A DNA stretch of 64,000 bases, from contig VGID01000017.1 in NCBI GenBank assembly GCA_016868035.1, positions 430 to 64,429 of the forward strand. Reading direction: 5' to 3'. A program made the position numbers and the translations under genes. This document shows positions 37,250 through 46,385 of this stretch, piece after piece. The notes beneath the pieces were generated by a model. It saw only the letters and a program-made list of their open reading frames with translations, ran no database searches and had not been told where the DNA came from. Numbering within the stretch: position 1 is the first letter of the stretch; each line of letters begins with the position of its first letter. This DNA is from Betaproteobacteria bacterium. GTDB lineage: Bacteria; Pseudomonadota; Gammaproteobacteria; Burkholderiales; SG8-41.

Positions 37250-40200
37250 ATGGTGGAGCGCGCTACAGGGGAGCAGATCTACGCTGAGCAAGTGCGGCAA
37301 CTGTACCGGTTGTCGCGCCCGGCGTACGTGGCCGCCCTGATCAATGCCGGGATCATCACATTCGCATTGTGGGACCTGGTTTCGAACGTCCTGCTTGCGG
37401 CTTGGTTCGCCGTAATGCTGGGAGTCACGGGCGCGCGCTATTTCCTCTACCGCGCCTATTCGAGAGCCGCACCGCGCGAGGAACAGGCGCCCGTATGGGG
37501 GGATCGCTTCGTCTATGGGACCGGTGCGATGGGGCTCCTGTGGGGATTCGTCGGCTCCGCCCTCTATCCGGCGGCCTCCATACCGCATCAGTTCCTGGTG
37601 ATATTCCTGATCGGCGGCATGGCGCTTTCCGGCATGGTGGTGCTGGCCCCGGTCCGGCAGGCGTTTCTCGCCTACGCGCTGCCGTCCCTCGCTCTCGTCA
37701 CCGCCACGGTATTCACGCAAGGGACCAACCTGCACCTGTTCATGGGCGTATTGCTCGTCGTGATGCTCGGGGTGCTGCTTGCCACGAGTCCCATCATTTC
37801 GGAGATGATGCGGGAGTCGCTGCGCGCGCAATTCGAGAACGCCGGGCTGGTGGAACAGCTCTCCGCGTCGAACCGCGAGCTTTCCGAACGCGCGATGCGG
37901 GAGTCGCTGCGCGCGAAATTCGAGAACGCCGAGCTGGTGAAACAGCTCTCCGAGGCGAACCGCGAGCTTTCCGAACGCGCGATGCGGGAGTCGCTGCACG
38001 CGAAATTCGAGAACGCCGGACTGGTGGAACAGCTCTCCGCGGCGAACCGCGAGCTTTCCGAACGCATCGTCGCGCAGCAGCACGCCGAAGAAGTTCTAGG
38101 GCAGACTTCAAAGAGGTTGGAAGCGCTGATCGAGGCGTCGCCGCTTGCCATCGTCGTGCGCGACACCGAAGGGCGCGTCGAAAAATGGAATGCCGCCGCA
38201 CAGCGCATGCTCGGCTGGACCGAGCAGGAGGTGCTCGGCAGGCTCGCGCCGCTGCTGCCGCCCGGCCGGGAGCAGGAGGCGCCGTGCAACCGCGAGCGCA
38301 TCCTGCGCGGCGAGGCCTTCTCCGACGTCGAGACGGTGCGCATGCGCAAGGACGGCACCGCTGTGAGCGTGCGCATGTCCGCCGCGCCGGTTTACGACTC
38401 TGCGGGAAAGCCGGTGAGCTATATCACCATGCTCACCGACGTCACCGAGCGCAAGCACACGGAACAGCGCCAGAACCTCGAGAATGCGGTGACATTGCTG
38501 CTGGCCGAGGCGCAAAGCATGGAAGAGGTGATGCCGAGGGTGATCCAGACCCTGTGCGAAGGCCTGGGCTACGTTTACGGCGCGCGCTGGATCCTCGATA
38601 ACAAGGAGCGCGTGCTGCGCTGCGCGGAGAGCTGGTGCGTGCCGGACACGGCGGTGGAGGATTTCCGTCGCGTGAGCGCCGGGCGGGTCGAAGTGCCGGG
38701 GATGCCCGGAGGGCTCAATCGCCGGGTGTGGGCGACCAGCGCGCCGTACTGGATTGCCGACCTCGGGCAGGAGCTGACGCTGCGGCGTGCGCTGGAGGCA
38801 GGCCTGCAGAACGCGTTCGCCCTGCCGATCCTCGCGGGCGGCGAGTTCTACGGCGTGATGGAGTTTTTCGGGCGCGGGACGCGCCCGCGCGACGAGCACG
38901 TGCTGGAGATCGCCAACACGGTGGGCATGCAGATCGGCCAGTTCGTCGGGCGCAAGCAGGCGGAAACCAATCTGCAGTTCTTCGCCAGCTACGATCCTCT
39001 TACGGGGCTATTCAATCGCGGCATTTTCAACCAGCGCCTCCAGCAGGCGCTGGCACAGGCGCAGCGTTTCGCGCGCTCCCTGGCCGTGCTCTTCATCGAT
39101 CTCGACGGCTTCAAGTTCGTGAACGACACGCTCGGACACAGCGCGGGGGATATCGTGCTGACGGAAGTGGCCGCACGGCTGCGCGCGACCCTGCGCGAAG
39201 GCGACATCATTGCCCGGATGGGCGGCGACGAATTCGTCGTGCTGATCGAGGAGTTCGAAGGCGCACCGCAGGTTGCCGAGGTCGCCAAGAAGATCCTGGA
39301 GACCGTCGCCCGGCCGTTCGCATTGCACAATCACGACTATACGCTGACGGCGAGCCTTGGTATCAGCACCTTTCCCGAAGACGGCTCGGACGCGCAGACG
39401 CTGCTCAAGAACGCCGACATCGCGATGTATCGCGCGAAGGACGATGGAAAGAATAACTTCCGTTTTTTTGCGCCGGAGATGAACGTCCACCTGATCGAGC
39501 GCCTGTCGCTGGAAAACGACCTGCGGCGGGCGGTCGAGCGCGGCGAGTTCGTCCTTCTCTATCAGCCCAAGGTCGGTGTTCGCGACGGGCAGGTGAGCGG
39601 CGTGGAGGCGTTGGTGCGCTGGCAGCACCCGGCGCAGGGCATGATCGGCCCGTCCGAGTTCGTGCCCGTGGCGGAGGACGCCGGGCTGATGGCGGTGATC
39701 GGCGAATGGGTGCTGCATACGGCGTGCCGGCAGGTGCAGGCCTGGCGCGAGCAGGGTCTGCCGCTGGTGCGTATGGCGGTCAACCTTTCCCTGCGCCAGC
39801 TCGCGCATGAGAACCTGATCCAGGTGGTGCGCGGAGCGTTGCATCAGTACGCGGTCGATCCGGACCGGCTGGAGCTGGAATTCACCGAAGCCATGGTGAT
39901 GCGCAACCCCGACCGGGCAGAAAAACTGCTGGTGCAGCTGGAGGAACTGGGTGTGCGGCTGGTGATAGACGACTTCGGCACCGGCTTCTCATCGCTCAAC
40001 TACCTCAAGCGGCTGCCCGTGGACGGGGTGAAGATCGACCGCTCGCTTATTCATCATCTCCTGCACGATGCGGGCGCGGTCGCGCTCACGCGCGCGGTGA
40101 TCGCGATGGCCCACAGTCTGGACATTTCGGTCGTCGCCGAAGGCGTGGAGACGCGGGCACAGTGGGAATTCCTCCAGCAGCTAGGCTGCGAGGAGATGCA

Positions 40201-40342
40201 GGGCAATTACTTCAGCACGCCGGTTCCTGCCGGCATGGTATCGAGCATCCTGCGCGAGCCGGGTACCGCAGGCAAGCGCGCCAGCATCCTGGCGTTGCGC
40301 CCGTTGCGTGACGGCGAGCGCGGGCAGGAATTTGAGTCCTGA
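37250..40342 (+). CDS. Multidomain c-di-GMP signalling protein: membrane sensor, triplicated coiled-coil linker, PAS, GAF, GGDEF, EAL
   Basis: About 6 N-terminal TM helices. PAS (LEALIEASPLAIVVRDTEGRVEKWNAAAQRMLGW), GAF (VIQTLCEGLGYVYGARWIL), GGDEF (YDPLTGLFNRG..GGDEFVVLI) and EAL (EFVLLYQPKV..EFTE..DDFGTGFSSLNYLKRLPVDGVKID). Confidence 0.85.
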   Translation: MVERATGEQIYAEQVRQLYRLSRPAYVAALINAGIITFALWDLVSNVLLAAWFAVMLGVTGARYFLYRAYSRAAPREEQAPVWGDRFVYGTGAMGLLWGFVGSALYPAASIPHQFLVIFLIGGMALSGMVVLAPVRQAFLAYALPSLALVTATVFTQGTNLHLFMGVLLVVMLGVLLATSPIISEMMRESLRAQFENAGLVEQLSASNRELSERAMRESLRAKFENAELVKQLSEANRELSERAMRESLHAKFENAGLVEQLSAANRELSERIVAQQHAEEVLGQTSKRLEALIEASPLAIVVRDTEGRVEKWNAAAQRMLGWTEQEVLGRLAPLLPPGREQEAPCNRERILRGEAFSDVETVRMRKDGTAVSVRMSAAPVYDSAGKPVSYITMLTDVTERKHTEQRQNLENAVTLLLAEAQSMEEVMPRVIQTLCEGLGYVYGARWILDNKERVLRCAESWCVPDTAVEDFRRVSAGRVEVPGMPGGLNRRVWATSAPYWIADLGQELTLRRALEAGLQNAFALPILAGGEFYGVMEFFGRGTRPRDEHVLEIANTVGMQIGQFVGRKQAETNLQFFASYDPLTGLFNRGIFNQRLQQALAQAQRFARSLAVLFIDLDGFKFVNDTLGHSAGDIVLTEVAARLRATLREGDIIARMGGDEFVVLIEEFEGAPQVAEVAKKILETVARPFALHNHDYTLTASLGISTFPEDGSDAQTLLKNADIAMYRAKDDGKNNFRFFAPEMNVHLIERLSLENDLRRAVERGEFVLLYQPKVGVRDGQVSGVEALVRWQHPAQGMIGPSEFVPVAEDAGLMAVIGEWVLHTACRQVQAWREQGLPLVRMAVNLSLRQLAHENLIQVVRGALHQYAVDPDRLELEFTEAMVMRNPDRAEKLLVQLEELGVRLVIDDFGTGFSSLNYLKRLPVDGVKIDRSLIHHLLHDAGAVALTRAVIAMAHSLDISVVAEGVETRAQWEFLQQLGCEEMQGNYFSTPVPAGMVSSILREPGTAGKRASILALRPLRDGERGQEFES
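37808..38068 (+). repeat. 3 x 87-bp in-frame tandem repeat (29-aa units) inside the signalling-protein linker
   Basis: Units start at 37808, 37895 and 37982 and are about 90% identical at the nucleotide level. They encode MRESLRAQFENAGLVEQLSASNRELSERA / MRESLRAKFENAELVKQLSEANRELSERA / MRESLHAKFENAGLVEQLSAANRELSERI. Confidence 0.9.
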
Positions 40343-40579
40343 TCGCACCCGGGCCGCGCACGCGCTTCGTGTTCCCCGCCGGAAAGCCGTAGCCCAAGAC
40401 CCGAAACCCGACTGAAGCTCTGGCGCATCGGCTGCTCGTGTCACGCGCGTCCTCACCACGGCGCGCTTTATCCCCGCCGCGAATTTGGCTACACTGCAAA
40501 GAGAACATGGGCGCGGCTCGCCAGGCGGGCGCGGACACCACCATGCCGCAGCACGCGGGCGACGCCGAAGGAGGAAAAG

Positions 40580-41008
40580 ATGAAGACGATAAAACAACTG
40601 CTGCAGGCCAAAGGTAGCGAGATCTATTCCATCGGTCCGGATGAGCGGGTGATCGATGCGCTCCGGATGATGGCCGAGAAGAACGTGGGTGCGCTCATCG
40701 TCACGGAGAACGGCAAGCTCCTGGGCATCATCTCCGAGCGCGACTACGCGCGCAAGGTGATCCTGCAGAAGAAGTCGTCGCACGATATTCCGGTGCGCGA
40801 GATCATGACCGGGAAAGTGTTGACGGTCGACCCCGGCCGGACGGTCGAGGAGTGCATGGCGCTGATGACCAACCAGCGCGTCCGGCATCTTCCGGTGGTC
40901 GACGGAGGGCGGACGATCGGCGTGCTCTCCATCGGGGATATGGTGAAGGAAGTGATCGCCGACCAGGAACAGACCATTCGGCAGCTCGAGTCCTACATCC
41001 ACCGCTGA
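40580..41008 (+). CDS. CBS domain-pair protein
   Basis: RBS aaggagg. Two CBS repeats (VIDALRMMAEKNVGALIVTENGKLLGIISERD; VEECMALMTNQRVRHLPVVDGGRTIGVLSIGD). Confidence 0.85.
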   Translation: MKTIKQLLQAKGSEIYSIGPDERVIDALRMMAEKNVGALIVTENGKLLGIISERDYARKVILQKKSSHDIPVREIMTGKVLTVDPGRTVEECMALMTNQRVRHLPVVDGGRTIGVLSIGDMVKEVIADQEQTIRQLESYIHR

Positions 41009-41010
41009 AC

Positions 41011-41028
41011 TTCGCGCTTCCGCGCGAA
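41011..41028 (+). terminator. Possible weak terminator hairpin after the CBS gene
   Basis: TTCGCGC-TTCC-GCGCGAA followed by TTTC. Short stem and a poor T-run. Confidence 0.3.
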
Positions 41029-41035
41029 TTTCAGC

Positions 41036-41115
41036 GTTCAAGGTTCAAAGTTCCGTTCCAGATTGTGGGTTAACGCGCCCGCTAAACTTTGAACCCGAAC
41101 CCTTGAACTTGGAAC
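41036..41115. repeat. Inverted arrays of GTTCAAR-type heptamers
   Basis: Left arm GTTCAAGGTTCAAAGTTCCGTTCCA (41036-41060). The right arm (41084-41115) reads GTTCCAAGTTCAAGGGTTCGGGTTCAAAGTTT on the minus strand. Spacer is about 23 nt. The repeat ends 8 nt before the next start codon. Confidence 0.6.
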
Positions 41116-41122
41116 TTTCCGA

Positions 41123-41878
41123 ATGAAATTCGGGGCGCTCATCATCGGCGATGAAATCCTGTCCGGGAAGCGGCAGGACAAGCACATGGCGAAGCTCATC
41201 GAGACCCTCGGGGCGCGGGGGCTGCAGCTCGCCTGGTGCGAATATCTCGGCGACGAGGCCGAGCTCATCACCGCAACGCTCGGGCGCACGCTCGCCACCG
41301 GAGACGTCGTGTTCTGTTTCGGCGGCCTCGGGGCCACGCCGGACGATCACACCCGCGCGTGCGCGGCACGCGCGCTGGGCGGGGGCTTGAGGCTGCATTC
41401 GGATGCGGAGGCGGAGATCCGGGCGCGTTTCGGAGACCAGGCGACACCGAAACGGCTCGCCATGGGAGAGTTTCCCGAAGGCGCGACGATCATACCCAAT
41501 CCCTACAACCGGATCCCGGGCTTCAGCATCGGAAGCCACCATTTTTTGCCCGGCTTCCCGGAGATGGCGTGGCCGATGATGGCCGCGGTACTCGATACGC
41601 GGTATACCCATCTTTTTGCGCCGGGTTCGATCGCCGAGAACTCGATCGTCGTGCGGGGAGCGGGCGAGAGCCAGCTGATCGACCTCATGAACGAGTGCCT
41701 CGCACGGCATCCGCGGCTGAGGCTGTTCAGCCTGCCGCGCATGGAACCGGATCGTTACATCGAGTTGGGCGTGCGCGGAGATCCCGGAGAAGTCGCGGTT
41801 GCGATCATGGTATTGAAAGAGGGCGTGACCGCGCTCGGGTTTCTCTGGGCCGAGACGCCGGAGCGCGCGAAGCCGTGA
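41123..41878 (+). CDS. CinA-like / molybdopterin-binding (MoCF_biosynth) domain protein
   Basis: MKFGALIIGDEILSGKRQDKHMAKLIETL..GDVVFCFGGLGATPDDHTR matches the CinA N-terminal / MoaB-like fold signature. Confidence 0.75.
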   Translation: MKFGALIIGDEILSGKRQDKHMAKLIETLGARGLQLAWCEYLGDEAELITATLGRTLATGDVVFCFGGLGATPDDHTRACAARALGGGLRLHSDAEAEIRARFGDQATPKRLAMGEFPEGATIIPNPYNRIPGFSIGSHHFLPGFPEMAWPMMAAVLDTRYTHLFAPGSIAENSIVVRGAGESQLIDLMNECLARHPRLRLFSLPRMEPDRYIELGVRGDPGEVAVAIMVLKEGVTALGFLWAETPERAKP

Positions 41879-41965
41879 AGACCGATACGCGCCGTTTGCT
41901 CCCGTCCGGCGCAGCGCCCCCGGAAAAGGCGAATCCGAGGCCCGCGCCTGCAAGCGTGGTACAAG

Positions 41966-41992
41966 AAAAAGCCCCCGGCGTGGGCCGGGGGC
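41966..41992 (-). terminator. Rho-independent terminator of the phasin gene
   Basis: GCCCCCGGC-GTGG-GCCGGGGGC (9-bp GC stem). On the minus strand it is followed by TTTTT (AAAAA at 41966-41970). It lies 23 nt past the phasin stop. Confidence 0.7.
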
Positions 41993-42014
41993 TATTGCCT
42001 GTTGCGGGAGAGGC

Positions 42015-42557
42015 TTAGGCTTTTCTGGCCTTCTTCGCGCCGTTCGCCGCCTGGTTGGCAACGGCCTCGAAGTTCGACTGGGTCGCTTCCGCGAACTGCT
42101 TCGCAACCTTGGACAGGTTGTCGTAGGCGGAATTGACGGCGGCGATCGCGGACTTGGTCGCGGCGATGCCCATCTCGGAGCCCGCCGGCGCGGTCTTCAC
42201 CATCTTGTCGAGGGTGGACACGATCTGCTTGTTGTAGTCGGCGATCTGTTGCTCCATGATCTTGCTGGCTTCGGCCTGGGTCGAAGCCGCGACGTCGTAG
42301 ACGCCGCGCGCATAGGCGGTCGCCTTCTCGATCGCGGGCTGGGCGACAGTGTCCTTGAGCGCGGTCAGTTGCTGCAAATCCTTCGCGGCGGCAAGCACTT
42401 TGGCGCCTTCGACGGTGTCGGCGAAGGCGGCCTTGGTGGCTTTCACCTGGAGGTCCAGGAGGCGCTCGGCGCCGTTGAATGCCACGCCGGCGAACTTCAC
42501 TGCGATGTCGAGATGGGCCTTGTTCAGGGCCAACAGTTGCTCGGGTACGGTATACAT
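42015..42557 (-). CDS. phaP: Phasin (PHA granule-associated protein, PhaP family)
   Basis: ATG at 42557 is preceded by AAGGAG. MYTVPEQLLALNKAHLDIAVKFAGVAFNGAERLLDLQVKATKAAFADTVEG.. is Ala/Lys-rich and helical, as in betaproteobacterial phasins. The longer ORF to 42593 lacks an RBS. Confidence 0.85.
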   Translation of the reverse strand: MYTVPEQLLALNKAHLDIAVKFAGVAFNGAERLLDLQVKATKAAFADTVEGAKVLAAAKDLQQLTALKDTVAQPAIEKATAYARGVYDVAASTQAEASKIMEQQIADYNKQIVSTLDKMVKTAPAGSEMGIAATKSAIAAVNSAYDNLSKVAKQFAEATQSNFEAVANQAANGAKKARKA

Positions 42558-42816
42558 GAAAGAGCTCCTTTTCAAAGAGTTACTAAATATCAACCAGTTA
42601 CGCTACCGCTATCGTTATGCTGCGATGCACAATTACGATTATATGCTTATAAACCGTGATGTCAAGGTATACCATGATGAAAGTTTTTGCACTGCAATAG
42701 AATAGTGTGCTTTCACGTGCATCTTTGACTTGTCGCAGTCGTCCCCTTAGGATGCAAAAAACGTTTCTCAATCAAACAGCTATAACCCAAATACCCGTCC
42801 GGAGACCCACGCACCC
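42558..42816. promoter_or_regulatory. AT-rich divergent control region between the phasin gene and the ABC transporter operon
   Basis: Markedly lower GC than its surroundings. Contains the palindrome TTGCA-C-TGCAA (42687-42697) and TGC-GAT-GCA (42621-42629). Promoters are inferred from position only. Confidence 0.35.
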
Positions 42817-43959
42817 ATGCCGCAATCCGTTGTCACGTCGGCCGGGGTTCCTCGTGTCGTTGTCGGCGCCGGCGCGGACGGCTCGGCGCAGGTAAAGCTA
42901 TCGGGTCCCTGGAACCTGGCGGGGCTCGAAAAGCATCTGTCCGATATCGCGCCGCTGCTCGCCAAACAGGCGGGCGCGAACCGGCACTGGGATCTCAGCG
43001 GGGTGAGCACGCTCGATCACGCCGGGGCGCTGCTGCTGTGGCGCGCGTGGGGCAGGAAACGTGCGCCGCGGCTCACGTTGAAGCCCGAGCACGAGACGCT
43101 GTTCGTTACGCTTGCCGCGGCGCGGCACGAGCCGCTGCCGGGGCTCCCGCGCGACTGGCGTGCGTCGACGGCCGCCGTGGGCCGGAAGATCCTGGCGCTG
43201 CTCGAACATTTGTTCGCGGCCACGGTGCTGCTCGGCCACGTGGTCATCGACGCGATGATCTTGGTGCGCCATCCGGGCCGCATCCCGTGGCGCGAGATTT
43301 CCGCGAACATCTACCGCACCGGCGCGCAGGCGCTCGGTATCACTGCGCTGGTGGGGTTTCTGGTGGGGATCGTGCTTTCGTACCTTTCCGCGCAGCAGCT
43401 CAAGATTTTCGGCGCCGACGTCTACATCGTGAACCTGCTCGGCGTCTCCATCGTCCGCGAGCTCGGGCCGGTGCTCGCGGCCGTGCTGATCGCGGGACGC
43501 TCGGGATCGGCGATCACCGCGCAGCTCGGAGTGATGCGGGTGACCGAGGAAATCGATGCGATGACGGTGATGGGCATTCCCCACACGGTGCGGCTCATCC
43601 TGCCCAAGATGGTGGCGCTTGCCGTCACGCTGCCGCTGATCGTGCTGTGGACGGGCGCGCTTGCGCTGCTCGGTGGCATGATCGCGGCGAACATCGAGCT
43701 CGACATCAGCTACCACTTTTTCCTGTCACGCCTGCCCGACGTGGTGCCGATCTCCAACCTCTGGCTGGGGTTGGGCAAGAGCGTGGTATTCGGTATCCTG
43801 ATCGCGCTCATCGCCTGCCATTTCGGCCTGCGCATCGAGCCCAACACGGAGAGCCTCGGCGCGGGCACCACGGAGTCCGTGGTCAGCGCGATTACGATGG
43901 TGATCATCGTGGACGCGATATTCGCAGTGATGTTTTCACACATAGGAATTTTCCGGTGA
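42817..43959 (+). CDS. MlaE-family ABC transporter permease with N-terminal STAS-like domain
   Basis: The N-terminal ~110 aa are STAS-like (VKLSGPWNLAGLEKHL..WDLSGVSTLDHAGALLL). Then YLSAQQLKIFGADVYIVNLLGVSIVRELGPVLAAVLIAGRSGSAITAQLGVMRVTEEIDAM. Confidence 0.85.
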   Translation: MPQSVVTSAGVPRVVVGAGADGSAQVKLSGPWNLAGLEKHLSDIAPLLAKQAGANRHWDLSGVSTLDHAGALLLWRAWGRKRAPRLTLKPEHETLFVTLAAARHEPLPGLPRDWRASTAAVGRKILALLEHLFAATVLLGHVVIDAMILVRHPGRIPWREISANIYRTGAQALGITALVGFLVGIVLSYLSAQQLKIFGADVYIVNLLGVSIVRELGPVLAAVLIAGRSGSAITAQLGVMRVTEEIDAMTVMGIPHTVRLILPKMVALAVTLPLIVLWTGALALLGGMIAANIELDISYHFFLSRLPDVVPISNLWLGLGKSVVFGILIALIACHFGLRIEPNTESLGAGTTESVVSAITMVIIVDAIFAVMFSHIGIFR

Positions 43960-44777
43960 CCGAACAGGTCGTTGAAGTGAACGGGCTGTGGACGCGGTTC
44001 GGCAGGCATGCCGTGCATCGTGGCATCGATGTGTCGGTGGCGCGCGGCGACGTGCTGTCGCTGGTCGGCGGTTCGGGCAGCGGCAAGACGACGCTGTTGC
44101 GGCAGATGATGGGGCTCGAGCGGCCCTCGCGGGGATCGGTGCGCGTGCTCGGGGTGGATCTCCACGACTGCGACCCGCTCGTCCTGCGCCAGCTCAGGAA
44201 CCGGTGGGGCGTGCTGTTCCAGGAAGGGGCGCTGTTCTCCGCGCTCACCGTATTCGAGAATGTGGCGCTTCCGCTGGAGGAGCTGCACGCGCTCGACGAG
44301 GAGCTGATCCGCGAGCTCGTGATGATGAAGCTCGACATGGTGGGGATCGAGGCGCGCCACGCCCGCAAGGTCCCGGCCGAGCTTTCGGGCGGGATGGTAA
44401 AGCGCGTGGCGCTCGCGCGCTCGCTCGCGCTCGAGCCGGAGCTCCTGTTTCTAGACGAGCCGACGGCGGGGCTCGACCCCGACCGCAGCGAGAGCTTCGT
44501 GCGGCTGATCGAGCAGCTGCGGCACGAGCTGAACCTCACCGTGGTGATGGTCACGCACGACCTCGACACGCTGGTCGCGCTGTCGAACCGCATCGCGGTG
44601 CTGTTCGACGGAAGACTGGTGGTGGTCGGAACCCTGCGCGAAGTCGTGCACAGCCAGCACCCTTTCATCGTGAACTTCTTCCTGGGCGAGCGCGGCCGCC
44701 GCGCGCTCGAAGCGGTGTGGGATACTCTGGGCATGGGGGAAGCCGGCATGCGGCCCGCAACGCAGGGGGGCGCCTGA
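43956..44777 (+). CDS. ABC transporter ATP-binding protein (MlaF-like)
   Basis: GTGA overlap with the upstream gene. Walker A GGSGSGKTT, signature LSGGMVKRVALARSL, Walker B LLFLDEPTAGLDP. Confidence 0.9.
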   Translation: MTEQVVEVNGLWTRFGRHAVHRGIDVSVARGDVLSLVGGSGSGKTTLLRQMMGLERPSRGSVRVLGVDLHDCDPLVLRQLRNRWGVLFQEGALFSALTVFENVALPLEELHALDEELIRELVMMKLDMVGIEARHARKVPAELSGGMVKRVALARSLALEPELLFLDEPTAGLDPDRSESFVRLIEQLRHELNLTVVMVTHDLDTLVALSNRIAVLFDGRLVVVGTLREVVHSQHPFIVNFFLGERGRRALEAVWDTLGMGEAGMRPATQGGA

Positions 44778-44781
44778 GCGT

Positions 44782-45723
44782 ATGGAAAACAAGGCCTACG
44801 CCTTCGCGGCAGGGGTATTCACGCTGCTGCTCGTCGCCGGCGTGGTGTTCGCGGCGATGTGGCTCACCGGCGAGACCGAGGCGCGCTACCGCTACGTGCT
44901 CGAAACACGCCACCCGGTCACGGGGCTCACCCTGCAGGCGCCTGTACGCTACCGCGGGGTCGACGTGGGCAAGGTCGAGGGAATCGACTTCAACGAAAGG
45001 GATCCGCGTACCATTCTGATCCGCGTGGCGGTGCGCACCGAAACGCCGGTCACGAAGGGCACCTACGCGCAGCTCGCCTCGCAGGGCGTGACTGGATTGG
45101 CTTTCGTGCTGCTGGACGATGACGGGTCGAGCCCCGAGCGCCTCCTTCCCGCACGTGATGCACGCATACCGGTACGACAGTCCTTTTTCGACGAGCTGTC
45201 CGGCGCGGGCACGAGCCTCATGTCCGATGTGAACGAGGCGGTGCGGCGCCTGAACGCGCTGCTCGGGGAGAAGAACCAGGCCCAGCTGCTGCGCACGCTC
45301 GCCACGGTGGACGCGGCGAGCACGCGCATCGGCGAGATCGCGGTCAAGGTGCAGCCCGCCCTGCAGGGCGTGGCGCCGCTCACGGACGACGCGCGCAAGG
45401 CGCTGGCCGCGGCCGAAACGCTGTTCGCGAACATGAACCGGCTCACCCACGAGCTCGCGCAGCGCCTGGACGCGCTCGAGCGCATCGCGAAGAGCGCGGA
45501 AGAGTTCGGGAGCGCGGCGCGTTCCGTTACGGGCGCGATGACGGCCGACACGCTGCCCCGCATCAATGCGGTGGTCGATGAGCTCGCGCGCAGCGCGCGC
45601 AACCTGGACCGCCTGCTCACCGAGTTGAACGAGCACCCGGCGAGTCTCGTATTCGGCAGGCCCCAGGCGCCGCCCGGTCCGGGTGAGGCCGGCTTCGATC
45701 CGAAACGGGGGGGTGGCAAGTGA
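44782..45723 (+). CDS. MCE/MlaD-family substrate-binding membrane protein
   Basis: N-terminal TM helix, then GLTLQAPVRYRGVDVGKVEGIDFN..ILIRVAV...PVTKGTYAQLASQGVTGLAFVLL (MCE domain) and a helical C-terminal extension. Confidence 0.85.
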   Translation: MENKAYAFAAGVFTLLLVAGVVFAAMWLTGETEARYRYVLETRHPVTGLTLQAPVRYRGVDVGKVEGIDFNERDPRTILIRVAVRTETPVTKGTYAQLASQGVTGLAFVLLDDDGSSPERLLPARDARIPVRQSFFDELSGAGTSLMSDVNEAVRRLNALLGEKNQAQLLRTLATVDAASTRIGEIAVKVQPALQGVAPLTDDARKALAAAETLFANMNRLTHELAQRLDALERIAKSAEEFGSAARSVTGAMTADTLPRINAVVDELARSARNLDRLLTELNEHPASLVFGRPQAPPGPGEAGFDPKRGGGK

Positions 45724-46376
45724 ACGCGACACGAACGATCCATATGGCGGGCGCGGGGCTGCTCGCGGGGCTGCTCGCGCTCGCGGGCTGCGCGCTGGGG
45801 CCGCAGGCGCGCGAAGCGCCGGTCGTCTATGACCTCGGCCCGCCACGCGGTTATCCGGCGGTCAATCCGCCGCTTGCGGCGCCTTTGTTGATCCCGGTCG
45901 TGGCCGCGCCCGCCTGGCTGGAAACGAACGGCATCGTGTATCGCCTTGCGTTTCAGGACCCGGCGCGCACCCAGTTCTACTCCGCGGCCCGTTGGGCGGC
46001 GCCGCCCGCGGCTCTGCTCACGCAGCAGTTGCGCGGCCGCTTCGCGGCGGCTTCCGCGAGCGGGGTCGTGACCGGTCACGGCGGCGCCCGCGCCGATTAT
46101 GCCCTGCATGTCGAGCTGGAGGACTTCAGCCAGACGTTCGATACGCCCGGCGCGAGCCGCGTCGTGGTGAGGGCGCGGGCGACTCTGGTGGACCTGGCCA
46201 CCCGCACGCTGGTCGCGCAACGCGGTTTTGGCGTCGAGCGCGCGGCTCCCAGCGCCGATGCGCGCGGCGCGGTCGCCGCGTTCGGGGAAGCGAGCGACGA
46301 ACTTGCGCGGGGCCTGCTCGCCTGGACCGGCGAACAGATTTCCGGCGCGCGCCGCAAGCCCGGGGCGGGCAGATAG
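45720..46376 (+). CDS. ABC-transport auxiliary lipoprotein (PqiC/DUF330-like)
   Basis: GTG start overlapping the upstream stop. Lipobox LLALAGC. Size and position after an MCE gene fit the PqiC-like family. Confidence 0.65.
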   Translation: MNATRTIHMAGAGLLAGLLALAGCALGPQAREAPVVYDLGPPRGYPAVNPPLAAPLLIPVVAAPAWLETNGIVYRLAFQDPARTQFYSAARWAAPPAALLTQQLRGRFAAASASGVVTGHGGARADYALHVELEDFSQTFDTPGASRVVVRARATLVDLATRTLVAQRGFGVERAAPSADARGAVAAFGEASDELARGLLAWTGEQISGARRKPGAGR

Positions 46377-46385
46377 GAGACGAGC

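Noticed and set aside
37217-38083. 288-aa minus-strand ORF with its own internal repeats
   Set aside because: It is a mirror image of the 3 x 87-bp coding repeat of the plus-strand sensor gene, with no independent support.
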